A stretch of 64,000 nt of DNA from Eledone cirrhosa (taxonomy: Eukaryota): assembly GCA_964016885.1 (NCBI GenBank), contig OZ024744.1:118730001-118794000 (forward strand), given 5' to 3'. How positions within the stretch are numbered: position 1 is the first letter of the stretch; the number at the start of each line of letters is the position of its first letter. Under the pieces are notes generated by a model, which saw only the letters and a list, made by a program, of their open reading frames with translations, did no database searches and was not told where the DNA came from. Below, piece after piece: positions 13,544 through 25,375 of this stretch. A program made the translations under genes and the position numbers.

Positions 13544-13690
13544 CGGACCCGTAGCAGTGGAGACTTCTGGTGCAGAGCTGGCTAACCACAGGTGTAAGCC
13601 TCACAAGCTGGAATGGCTCTTCCAGCGTGTCTCCCTTGTCATCCTCTGGGGAAACGCCTTCTCTATTCTGTGTCAGAGCAGCCAGCGCGT
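13544..13690 (+). mobile_element. Fragment of a CRE-like restriction-like-endonuclease (RLE) non-LTR retrotransposon C-terminus
   Basis: PVAVETSG...LEWLFQRVSLVILWGNAFSIL; internally deleted homologue of 53534-53830. Confidence 0.7.
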
Positions 13691-13894
13691 GGGACCCCAT
13701 TTGCTCATAATAGTGAGAGATGAGGAGGGCGGGAGAGACAGAAGCGATGACAGTGGGAGTTTGGCTCCTTTGTGTTAGGACTTGGTGTACATGTGTGTAT
13801 GTATGTTTACAAAATAAAGAATAATATATTATTTAGAATATCTTAATAAAGAACGTGATTGTATTAGTTGCTAATAGACAATATATCAAAGAAG

Positions 13895-15015
13895 ACATTT
13901 TCTTAGAGAGGTGTAAGTGTGTAAGGTCGGAATTCATTAAATCATCCCAGGTTTTTCTGGGTCTGCCTACTCCATAACTTCCATCAATTTTGATCGCTCT
14001 GCACTTTTTTATACAGCTGTCGTCTTTCATGTGTATCAGATGACCATACCAACGTAGTCTTCTCTCAAGTAAACAGCATCTGATCCCTCTTATTCCTTAT
14101 TTCTCACTTACTTCATTTATGCTTTGCCGTTCGCGTATATTACTATTACACATTCAGCGGAGCATGCATGCTTCGTTCCTTTCCAGTCTGCGCAGGTCCT
14201 CTGCACGCAATGCCCATGTCTCACTGCCATGTAACGTTGCTGTACAGGCATCATACAATCTGCCTTTCATTTTTAGAGAGAAAGCTTTTGTGGCCAACAC
14301 CAGTATAAGCTCTCTGAACTTTTTCCATCCTGTTCTGACTCTGGCTACTGTACTTTCAGAGCACCCTCCACCACTGCTGATTTTGTCACCCAGGTAACGG
14401 AAGGTGTCCACTATTCCTATAGAGCCCTCTGGGCAATAGAAGAAGCTAGTATCCTGTGGGCACTTGCTACTTATTGCACTTGAGCACCGGCCACATATAA
14501 AATCTATATTCTTAGATAGCTTACCTGTGATCCTACTACATCTTTTATACACCCATACTTTGCATTTGGGACATAAAATGGAATTTCTACCTACTCCTTT
14601 CCTACACACTGAGCATGGTCATTTCCCAGAGGGGACCAGTGCCCTATTTCCCTTCCTACAAACTAGAACTTTAGTCTTAGACAAGTTAACTTTAAGACCT
14701 TTTGATTCTAGGCCATGCTTCCATGTTTGGAATTTCTTCTCCATTGATTCGGCTATGAGAGTTAGATAATCTGCGTACAGGAGTTCCCATGGGCAGCCGG
14801 TCTTAAACCTGTTATAGCCTGAAGGGCAATAATAAATAGGAGGGGGTTAAGGACAGAGCCTTGATGAACACCAACTTTTACACTAAATTCTTCACTATAT
14901 TCGTTATTAATTTTAACCTTGCTGACTGTTTCTTTATACATGGCTTGTATAGCTCTCACAAGCCATCCATCAACCCCTAGTTTTCTAAGAGCCCACCAGA
15001 TAATGGAGCGGGGGA
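13895..15015 (-). mobile_element. Truncated RTE LINE (subfamily A-like) inside the U12 intron
   Basis: ORF pieces 14762-14959, 14154-14609 and 13833-14030 closely match the RT, PHD and C-terminus of ORF 25891-29136. Confidence 0.93.
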
Positions 15016-15169
15016 ATCAGGAAATTAATGATAGTAATAATGATGACGACAATGATCTTCTAGATCTGTTTAGAATTTATCGATAATTATTGAAAATGCA
15101 AAAGACATGTGATGTTATATTAAAAACACAATTTTCCCTAGTATAGTTAATACGAAACATTGTGAGATA

Positions 15170-15479
15170 TATAATAAAAGACAGATAAATATTTTAGAAA
15201 GCCAGCACAATGTGGTAGAAATATATAAAGTATGACAAATAAAACAAATCAAAGATTGGCTACTATAATGACTTCACGCATATTTCAGACACGGAGGCCA
15301 GCCAATCAAGGAATTGTTCGTTTTTTTGTTTTAACTATTTTAGCTCCATATTTGAAAAAAAGTGTTATAACCCTGAAATATGTTGAAATATAGTGGGTTT
15401 ATTTTGTCATACTTTATCCTTTATATATTTCTACCACATTGTACTGGCTTTTTGAAATATTTATCAGTGGTTTATTACA
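15170..15479. mobile_element. MITE-like element with about 70-80 bp imperfect terminal inverted repeats
   Basis: AAAGCCAGCACAATGTGGTAGAAATATATAAAG at about 15198 is mirrored by CTTTATATATTTCTACCACATTGTACTGGCTTT at about 15419-15451. A related end occurs at about 44821-44885. Confidence 0.7.
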
Positions 15480-15528
15480 ATTTTAATTAAAGTGGTTTTT
15501 GTTTATATATATATACAGAAAAGGATAC

Positions 15529-15701
15529 GCAACAATATTTCCAGCCTGAGCTAACTCTTTTTTATGATCTAATACATATAATAAACATAAAGAAAATATA
15601 CTTATTTTATGAATTGTGAGTGAAATCAAAAAAAGAAAGAAATATCTGTAATTTCTTCTGCCAATACAGTTATTCACCCAAGGACAATGATGATCAAATG
15701 T
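15529..15701 (-). CDS. ZDHHC8: ZDHHC5/8-like catalytic DHHC exon (173 nt)
   Basis: TTTCAG acceptor. Translates [57 protein letters not shown](A). Donor is GTATCCTTTT. Confidence 0.97.
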
Positions 15702-16765
15702 CTGAAAAACAAAAGTAAAAATTAAGGTGAGAAATAGGAAATAACTTTATCTACCATATCAACCTCAGTACTGTTTTACTGGTATCAGTCATTAGACTGT
15801 GGCACTACCTTAATATAGTCTACCATATAAACCTCAGTACTGTGTTACTGGTGTCAGTCATTAGACTGTGGCCATACTGGGGCACTACCTTAAGCCACTG
15901 GGCCCTTAATAGGTTGTAAATATTTTTAGAGAAATATGCACTTAGAAACTCAGCACAGTATTTGTGGCATAAAATGATATCTTGTCAAGCACATATAATT
16001 GTTTTTAGTCTTCATTTCTGATGAAATACATTCTATTTTAATTCATTAATGAAGAATTGAGGGATTTACTAAAATTATTAATTATTTCATTCCATATATA
16101 TATAGAACCCTATTAGTACACCAGCTCCTGGAATACTTGCACTTAATTCAACTTCCTACCTTCCATCACTCATGAACATGGCCCCGAGATACATGAACTT
16201 CTCCACCTGTTTCAGTGGAACTCTACACGTAGAGTGTCCCAGTCTTCGCAACACACTGGCTTCAACTTACACGGACATGATTACTTAAACACTCATATAT
16301 ATATAGGTGTAGATTGATATATACACATATAAAAACATATGGATACACTCTATATACATACACATTCATATACACTCACTAATATATATATATGTAGATT
16401 CAAACATAAGATCAAGGTATGAAAATATGAAATTGAAGTTCACAAGAGTAGATAATTGTGAATAAAATGTTTTATGTATATATATATCAGTTAGGTGTAC
16501 AACAGTTACAGGCTGCACACCGTTTGAAGTACTCAATGCTGTTACATGGTCCGTTTCGTTGTATTGCAGAGTTACAGCTGTAGTGTGCAGAGTGTAAATA
16601 GATTTAAAAGAGTGAAAGTCAGTGTTACAGCATATATACACTTTATTTACATATTACAATCAAACTGATGGGGTCAGACCCCACCACCTTGATTGTAACC
16701 TGAGCTGATTGGTATCGAAATTGTAATATATAAATAAATATATACATATATATATATATATATAT

Positions 16766-18793
16766 TGCGAGGTAGTGTGTCAGAGAGAAGTGTGTCCGGA
16801 ATGATAAAGGTGAGCTTGTCCTCACAAGTGACGAGAAGAAAGCTGTGTGGAAGAGCCATTATGAAAGATTACTAAATGAGGAAAGAGACCCTACCCCAAG
16901 TAGACTCCATAGAGGGCCCAGCAGTACAAGTCAGCAACAGCGTAGTAAGTAAAGTAATTAAGGATATGAAGGCTGGGAAAGCAGCCAATCCATCGGGTAA
17001 GGCTGCCAAGATGCTGAAATCATCTGGGTCTGTAGGTCACACCATAACCACATGTATTGTTAACCAGGTAATACTAGAGGGTGTCATACCAAAGGATTGG
17101 TGCAGTAGCATCATTGTCAACTGCTACAAAGGTAAAGGTGATCCACTAGATAGAGGAAACTATAGCGGTATAAAGCTGATGGACCAGGTCATGAAAGTAA
17201 CGAAAGGAGTTATAACACAGTTGATTAGGGACTGGGTAAAACTAGTTGAGATGCAATTTGGGTTTGTGCCAGACAAAAAGACCACTGATGCTCTCTTCCT
17301 TGTGAGGCAGCTACTGGAAAAGTACCTAGCTAAAAGTAAGCCACTCTACCTGGCATTTGTCAATCTAGAAAAAGCCTTTGACAGAGTGCCCTGTGCTATA
17401 ATCTGGTGGGCTTAGAAAACTACGAGTAGATGAATGGCTTGTGAAAGCTGTACAAGCCATGTTTAGGGGAGCAGTCAGCAAAGTTAGGATTAACAATGAC
17501 TATAGCAAGGAAGTTAGCATACAAGTCGGTGTCCGCCAGGGCTCTGTTCTCGGCCTTCTCCTGTTTATCATATTGCAGGCTTGCCCATGGGAACTTCTGT
17601 ATGATCTCTCACCGATAGCTGAATCTATGGTGGAACTAGAGCAGAAATTCCTAACATGGAAGCAGGGCCTGGAAAGAAGGAGGCTCAAAGTCAACCTGAC
17701 AAAGACTAAGGTCCTTGCAAGTAGAAGTGAAAACAGAACGCAGATCCCCTCTGGGAAATGGCCTTGCTCAGTATGTAGGAAAAGTGTAGGTAGAAATTCC
17801 ATCCGCTGCTCCAAATGCAAATTATGGGTACACAAGAGATGTTGTGGATCTCAGGAAGTTTAGCTAAGAATGTAGGCTTTACATGTAACAGTTGCACTGG
17901 AACAGTAAGGAGCAAATGGCCACAGGAAACAAGCACCACCAAACTCTGGGAGGGCTCTGTAGAAACAGCAGACAGCTTCTGCTACCTAGGAGGTGGGTGT
18001 TCTGAAAGTACAGTAACTAGGGTAAGAACGTGATGGAAGAAGTTCAAGGAGCTACTGCCACTGCTAGCTGCAAAAGACTTTTCCCTCAAAATGAAAGGCA
18101 GACTGTATGATGCGTGCATACGAACAGCAATGTTGCATGGTAGTGAGACCTGGCCGTTCTCTGTAGAAGACTTGCTTAGCTTAGAAAGAAATGAAGCTTG
18201 CATGCTTCGATAGATGTGTAATAGTAATATGCATGAATGGCAAAGGATAAACAAATTGAGAGAGAGACTAGGCATGAGGCATCAAATGCTGTATACTAGA
18301 GAGGAGATTGTATTGGTATGGGCATGTGATGCATATGAAGGATGACAGCTGCATAAAAAGGTGCTGAGCACTAAAAGTCAATGGAAGCCATGGAGCGGGG
18401 AGACCCAAGACAACCTGGGAGGAGGTGATTAAAAGCCGACCTTACCCAATTGCACTTCTCAAAGGCGATGATGACACAGGACCAAGATCTCTGGTGTTAC
18501 ACAGTAATACAGAAGACCCAACTTCCCACGGATACAAGCCGAAGTTGAAGCATATAGACAATATGCTCCCACCCCCTCCCACTGTAAAGTGGTTGTGTAG
18601 GTGTCATGACAAAAAATACCCACTCCACAAATGAGGTTGGTGTTAGGAAGGGCATCCAGCTGTAGAAATCAAGCCAGAATCAGTTCCCGTATGAGCAACA
18701 CATGGACACCTGACCTGACATTGCCTACAACAGGACAACCTGCCTAACCCATGCTAGTGTGGAAGAATGGACATAAAATAGTGATGATGATGA

Positions 18794-18797
<4 letters not shown>
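16766..18797 (+). mobile_element. 5'-truncated, frameshifted RTE LINE (subfamily B)
   Basis: ORFs 16876-17415, 17441-17863 and 17815-18033 match 3456-5528. 3'UTR with GATGATGAT tail; (TA)n on both sides. Confidence 0.93.
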
Positions 18798-18833
<36 letters not shown>

Positions 18834-19174
18834 AACAGTTTTTCCAAAGTTTTGTAAATATATCTTCTTCATGTTGATGTATATCATCCATGTAGAAGTT
18901 GGATCTAGGTGACTTTTGTGTTCAAGATGATAAGCTTGGTTACAAGTTAAAATGTAAAGCTTGGTTACAAGTTAAAATGTAAAATTTACATGTATATTAT
19001 AAACTGTGTGATTGTGTTTGAAAACTAATTCCATTTTTTTTTTTATTTCAAAGTATATACTTAATATATGAACATTTTCACCTATGCATAACTGGCATTT
19101 TATTTTTTGTTTCATTTGTATAGGGAACATCTCTTTTCTCCATATGCCAGGATATACTATAATCCATTATAATG

Positions 19175-19361
19175 CCGGCATTTGGCAGTATTGGTAGAGA
19201 GTCAGACACCATGCTTTGCAACATAGAGTTACGGCCCTTGCCATTCCAAGTTCAAATCCCGTCGAGGTTAACTTTGCCTTTCATCCTTGCGGGGGTTGAT
19301 AAAATAAAGTACCAGTAATGCACTGGGTAATTGCTAGCCTTGTGCCAAAAGTAGAAACAAT
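19175..19361 (+). mobile_element. tRNA-derived SINE family 1 (octopus OR-like)
   Basis: A-box-like TGGCAGTATTGG, B-box GTTCAAATCC, core GACTTTGCCTTTCATCC..GATAAAATAAAGTACCAG and tail GTAGAAACAAT; multiple copies in the window. Confidence 0.85.
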
Positions 19362-20380
19362 TTTATTGTTGTCTTTTAGGTCCCATACATATTTGGCCAA
19401 TGTGGTGTCATTTTATTTAGGGGACTTGAAATACACGAGCAATTATAAAGTTACTCAGATTTGTTTCTTTTTCTATTTATCTCTGTGATAGGAAAGCATG
19501 GAAAAGACAATGTAAAGCACTAACGATGATGATTGTATTTGTACTGGAGTTTATATTTATGTTTATGTATTAGTGCTTACAGCATGTGGGTTAGTGGTAC
19601 ATTAGGATTAACAATCATAATGGATTGCGTTTGATTCTTGGGTTGGGTTCCATGTGTTCTTGAATAAAAAAAACTTCATTTTATGTTGCTCCAGTATACT
19701 CAGCTGAAAATGAGTACCAGCAATGAGTACCCCTATGATGACTGGTGTCCTGTCCACAGAAACTGGGATAGGTAGTGACCTGATGAACCTCCAGACTCAA
19801 GAAAGATTTTAGACTTATGGCAGTGTCAGTGTCTATATTCATATTTTCCTGTTAATACTTGATAACATAGCTACATTTTCACTACAATACTTTTATTGAA
19901 ATGCTTATTTATTAATTTTAGGAAATCTTTCACAATGTCAGAGATATTTAAACTGAAAGGGAAATTGTACCAAATAGTTCATATATCTCAGCTCCATCAT
20001 AGCTCCCCATGGCAACATTAAACAGCTTATTCCCATTGTGTTTAACCCCAAATGAATTGTTGGGAAAGAGCAGTGATTTCTGAACATTTATAAATATGCT
20101 GATTTCAGCAGAGGTTTTGTAATGGTGGGATAAAACTTTACGTCAAATTGGGGAAACTTACAACCACTTTTATCCACTACATTTAAAAACCAAATAATGA
20201 CCGATTCTCCGTTGTTCCAAAGCGGTAATTTTGTGGCCTAAATGGATCTTAGTATAATTTTAGTAATCTTATCTAATTTGCTTTTTGCAGGATTTATTAG
20301 TCTGCAGATGGAATTAGCAAGAACATTTTCCTTATGATCCTTGAGGGTTAAGTATGACTAATGATTGGTCATACATTTAA

Positions 20381-23300
20381 ACCTTGAGCATTCGCATTAA
20401 TTTTCAAACGTCATGCTTATCTGTTCGCATTATTTTGAGTTAATCATACTCAAGAGGGTTATCAATTTTATTTGTAATTTTTTTAATTTTCTATGTGCAG
20501 GCTTGAAATATAATTTTACCTGATTTTTTGGGTCAAATTTGACTTTTATGAGCAGGTGAAATTAATTAATAGGGGCTTTTGAAGTATCAACCAGGTGCAA
20601 ATACTGGTTTCATTTTAAATACCTTGTTTTCGGGATAATACTTGATATATAAGGATCACTAAACCTTATATCAGTGTTCCAGTAATTCCAGTCTTGGAAA
20701 TTGTTTTATACCGTACTTAATATTTACGGTAAAAAATGCATTTCCGCAGCATCTGTCAGTCGCCAAACAGATCGGGTTTTCCTCGATTTGAAATCTGTTG
20801 TTGGGCATATCGATTAATCTCTTCTGCCACAACTTCGAATAAAGTTTGTGGTAAAAACAAAAAGAAATAATCCACTGCTTTAGCATCGGGAGTTAATGTA
20901 TCTTGTGGACCAGTAATTTGAATAAAATCGGGAACATATATTGGTGTGGTATTTTTCAACCATGTTGCTGTAATATCTTCAATGGTGTCCTGGAGACCTC
21001 CGTTTTCACTTGCAAAACAACAATCATCGCCGGACGAAATTTCAGAAATATAAACATCATTTGAAGATAAATCACTAATATTATCGTTTGTTTCTTGTTT
21101 ATTCTGAATGTCGTCATGTGTAAAACCTTCAAAGTCAGTATCGCTACTTTCATAAACCATGTTGATACAAAAAAAAATTTGTTGCACTTTCAAAGTTAAA
21201 AAAAACACTTGTTTTAACTTGTTTCACTATATTAACCTTTTAGCATTCAAACCAACAAGATTATGTCCCCTTTCATTTATTCAAACCGACATTTAATACC
21301 ACATGGAGATCTTCTAAAAATAAACATTGACATCATCGAAATCTCGTCAATTCAAGGTTACTGCGAGATAAAGCTCTTACGCGCGAAAATTAACTCTTAG
21401 TATAGTTAAAGAACTTGCGATAACACGTGTTTTTAACGTTGAAAGTGTAACATGGCTTCCGAAAGTAGCGACAACGAATTTGAAGGTTTTACATCCGACG
21501 ACATTCAAGATCAAAAAGAAACAGAAGATAATATTAGTGATTTATCTTCAAACGAATCAGATAAATTTATTTCTGATATATCTGATGATGATGATAGTTA
21601 CTTTGAAAGTGAAAGAGAAGATTTGACTGACACCATTGAAAAAAAAGCAACGTGGTTGAAAGAAGCAACACCAATACATGTTTCGGATTTTACTGAAGGG
21701 CGCCATTGAAAAATACCACACTAATATATGTTCCCGATTTTATTCAAAATACTGGCCCACAACACACATTACCACCCGATGCTAAAGCTCTGGATTTTTA
21801 TTTTTTATTTTTACCACAAACTTTCTTTCTAAGTTGTGGCAGAAGAGGCAAATCGCTATGCCCAACAATAAATTTCTAATCAAGAAAAACCCGATCTGTT
21901 ATGGCGTCCGACAGATTGTGCTGAAATGAAAGCGTTTTTTACCATAGATATTATGTTTGATATTAAATAATTTTCAAGACAGTGGAATTATTGGAGTACT
22001 GATATAAGGTTTGGTGAGCCTTATATATCTAGTATTATGGCAAAAACGAGATTCATCAAATTAAACCAGTATTTGCATCTGGTTGATACTTCAAATGCCC
22101 TTGGTAGAAATGAATCAAATTACGACTCACTGTACAAAGTACGACCATTAATTGAAATGTTGTCGGAAAAATTTAAAAGTGTGTATATACCTGGAACAAA
22201 TCTTAGTGTTGATGAAGCTATGATTGGGTATAAGGGTAGGGTTCATTTCAGACAGTATATGCCAGCTAAACGCACCAAATGGGGAATCAAAGTGTGGGAA
22301 CTGTGTGAATCGGACACAGGATACTGTGTAAACTTTGATGTTTACACAGGAAAAAAACAAAACGGAGAGAGAAAACATGGGTTGGGTTACGATGTGTGGT
22401 CGCTGACCCAACCCTTCCACTTTCAACACAGACATATATATTTTGACCGTTTTTTTTCTTCAGTGCTTTTAGCAGAGCATCTTGTAAATACGTACACCTG
22501 CGGCACAATAATGAGCAATCGGAAAGGGCTACCCCAAGAAATAAAAGTTGCGAAACTGAAAAACAGAGGGGACATTCTCCAAATGCAAAAGGGAACATGT
22601 TAGCCACAGTGTTCAAAGACAAACAGCAAATTTTGTTCCTGAGTTCTAACCAACAACCAGTGGTTGGATGCCCTGGAAAGAAATGGTGGAGATACATCTT
22701 GTGGTTTTTAGTGAATTTAACCATTGTGAATTCTTTTATTGTATTTACTAAAAGCCACAAGGATCCGCCACCACCAAAGGACTACTGTCATATGAAGTTT
22801 CGTGTGGACATTGCATCCTAGCTACGTGGAAGATATACTTCTCGCAAACACAAAGCTGGGAAAAAATCAAAATTAGCAGTGGTCCACAAAGAAAATATTG
22901 ATTTTTACAAAGTGGAGAGAATTGATGGTAGGAGGAAGGTTTGCCGATTGTGCTCTTTGCAAAAGAGAAAAACTGTTAAAGGTTACGCAATCCAATCCCT
23001 ATTTATGTGTTCCTTTTGCAAAGAGCCATTATGTAAAGGGTGTTTTGGGCAGTATCACGATAGAAATATTGTCTGACAATATTGAAAACAATATTTTAAA
23101 AATATATTAGAACACATATACAAAAACACCTGCATTCACCTGTGTCACACCTGTTAATGAACTTATATATTGGGAACATTCTGTTACGTAAATTTACACC
23201 GTACATTGTGTAAGAGTACATTGCCAATATTATTTTGACTGGTGAAAAGGTTTTATACATTTTTTTCAATGAAAATATTTGCCTGGAATGTAGAGAAAGA

Positions 23301-23846
23301 TTACACCTGCATTTTTAATTAATTCACCTGTTCGGAAAACTGCTAGAATTGATGGAAATCAGCATCTAGGTCATTATTGGATTTTTTTGCAACAAATCTA
23401 ACAGGTAAGGCAAATAAAGTTTAAATTTTTGTGTTTATCCATAAAGTTATTACTTTTACACCTGTTAATTAATTTCACCTGCCCATAAAAGTCAAATTTA
23501 ACAAAAAAAAATCAGGTAAAAATATATAATTGTAAATTATAGTTCTTTAAACATCTACTGACAAAATTTCAAGTCTGCACATAGAAAATTAAAGTAATTA
23601 CAAACAAATAAAATTGATAACCCTCTTGAGTATAATTAAGTGAAAATAATGCGAATAGATGAACATGACATTTGACAATTCAATGTGAATGCTAGGGGTT
23701 AAGTGTTAATTTTCGCAGCAGTCTCGAATTGACGAGATTTTGATGATGGTTTGTTTATTTTTAGAACAATTTTTTAGTGTGGGTGTTTTCGGGCGATTTG
23801 AACAAATGAAGGGGAAATAATTTTTGGCGGTTTGAACACTAAAGGG
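20381..23846 (-). mobile_element. Non-autonomous piggyBac deletion derivative, split by a nested piggyBac
   Basis: TTAA at 20377-20380 and 23847-23850. Segments 20381-21235 and 23703-23846 are collinear with the copy at 41181-42427, which lacks the nested element. Confidence 0.88.
21236..23698 (+). mobile_element. piggyBac (PGBD4-like) transposon with pseudogenised transposase (21452-23076)
   Basis: TTAA TSDs at 21232-21235 and 23699-23702; TIRs CCTTTTAGCATTC and GAATGCTAGGGG. Acidic N-terminus, SVDEAM, YMPAKRTKWGIKVW, YFDRFF, KKWWRY and C-terminal CxxC..CxxC..CxxC..H domain. The region of the third catalytic Asp appears deleted. Confidence 0.93.
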
Positions 23847-23909
23847 TTAAACACTCCTCATCATACACTTCTTGTCTCAGTTGACTGGTTCCACAATGTA
23901 ATTGGGATG

Positions 23910-24215
23910 TTAGGATAACATGAATGCTCAATATGCAATAAATTTTTGTGTCACACTTGGCAAAACACTGCAGAAACCTATGAAATGGTCAAAACTGCTT
24001 TCATGAGCCAGGCAACCATTTTCTGCTGGCACAGGAGGTTCCAGGAGGACAAGAGGTGTGGCAAGAAGAGGGACATCAGGATGCCAAAGTTGGTTGACAA
24101 AATTCACAAATTTCTGGACGAGGACCATCGTGCATCTCTTCTGATGATTGCTAAACAATTTGAAGTGGCAGAGGGTAGGAGCAAAGTTTGTTCCCAGAGT
24201 GCTCAATGAAGATCA
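23910..24215 (+). mobile_element. Short, internally deleted mariner remnant (N-terminal HTH region)
   Basis: IKFC..LGK..AETYEMVKTAFMSQATIFCWHRRFQED and a KFVPRVL (WVPHEL-like) motif. Confidence 0.65.
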
Positions 24216-24363
24216 AAGGCAGAAGTGCTACAGGTGCATTGAAGTTGGAGGATTCTACTTTGAGGGAGACCAGAGTTTTGTGTAGATCTGAGTTAAATAA
24301 ATGTCTCTCTGATAAAAGTCTCAAAACAGACATCAAAATAATCATGATATTATATATATATAT

Positions 24364-24850
24364 ATCATCATCATCATCATCAGGTCGAGCTTGCTCAGCT
24401 TTCTACGACACGTTTCCTCCATCCATCTCTGTCTCTCATAGCGTTTGCCAGTTCTTCCGCAGTGCATCCAGTATATTCCTCAAGTTGCTTGACGTATGTC
24501 TTCTTGGGAGGACCAGCGTTTCTTGCTCCACGGAAAAGATATGGAAATCAAACCTGCCGGCCAAACTGAACAAGAATTTCTTCAGAGCTGCTGTGGAATT
24601 TGTGCTTGTTTATGGCTCTATCACTTGGATGCTAACGTCGAAACTGGAGAAAAAGCTAGACGGGGCATACACACGTATGCTCTGCACTGCTTTGAACGTG
24701 TCTTGGAGGGAATACCCAACAAATAAGGATCTCTATGGCAATATACCACCTATCAGCTGGTCAATACGTGGACAGAGAATCAGATTTGCTGGCCACTGTT
24801 GGTGCAGCAAGGAAGAAGTAGCAGGTGATGTGTTGTGGAGTCCATCTCAT
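24364..24850. mobile_element. Short RTE-like LINE of a different family with an inverted 5' half
   Basis: Minus strand 24364-24530 encodes GARNAGPPKKTYVKQLEEYTGCTAEELANAMRDRDGWRKRVVES* plus a (TGA)n tail. Plus strand 24531-24850 encodes KIWKSNL...LVYGSITW...RIRFAGHC...VLWSPSH. Confidence 0.88.
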
Positions 24851-25375
24851 ATATATGTAATCTGACAGTGATTTCACTCTCCCTATATATATATAGGAAG
24901 AGTGAAACCACTGTCAGATTACAGGTTGCCACCTGAAAAAAGAAGGTATCTTCAATTTGGATATTTGTTCAATATGTTTGCAACTGAGGTGTTTAGGGAA
25001 CTGCTACCAACAAAAGGTTTCTCCTTATGAAAGAAAGGTCAGCTGTGTGGCATGCTGTATATTAGTGAGTCATGGGCAGTGAACGCAGGAGAGAAATAAA
25101 GCAAGCATGCTTCAATGGATGTGCAATATTAATGTTGTGAAAGGCAGAACATGGATGAACTGAGAGAGAAACTAGGTATAAGAGGAATCAGATGTAGTGT
25201 GTAGGAGAGGAGACTGTGCTAGTATAGACATGTGATGTGTATGGATGACAATTGCTGTGTGAAGAAGTGCCAAATCCTAGTGGAAGAAAACTGCAGTAGA
25301 GCTGGTCTCAAATGTATGCATATGTCCGTGTGGGCATGAGTTTATCTATGTGTGTGTGTGTGAGTGTGTGTGTGT

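Larger units (their letters stand above)
11704..15528 (-). other. U12-type (minor spliceosome) GT-AG intron, 3825 nt
   Basis: 5' splice site GTATCCTTTT. Branch site TTTTTCCTTAAC (TCCTTAAC at 11713-11720) lies about 11-12 nt from the CAG, with no polypyrimidine tract between them. Confidence 0.95.

Noticed and set aside
21452-23076. Domesticated PGBD host gene
   Set aside because: It has frameshifts, stops and an apparent deletion of the third catalytic Asp region, and retains TIRs and TTAA TSDs; it is a dead transposon copy.
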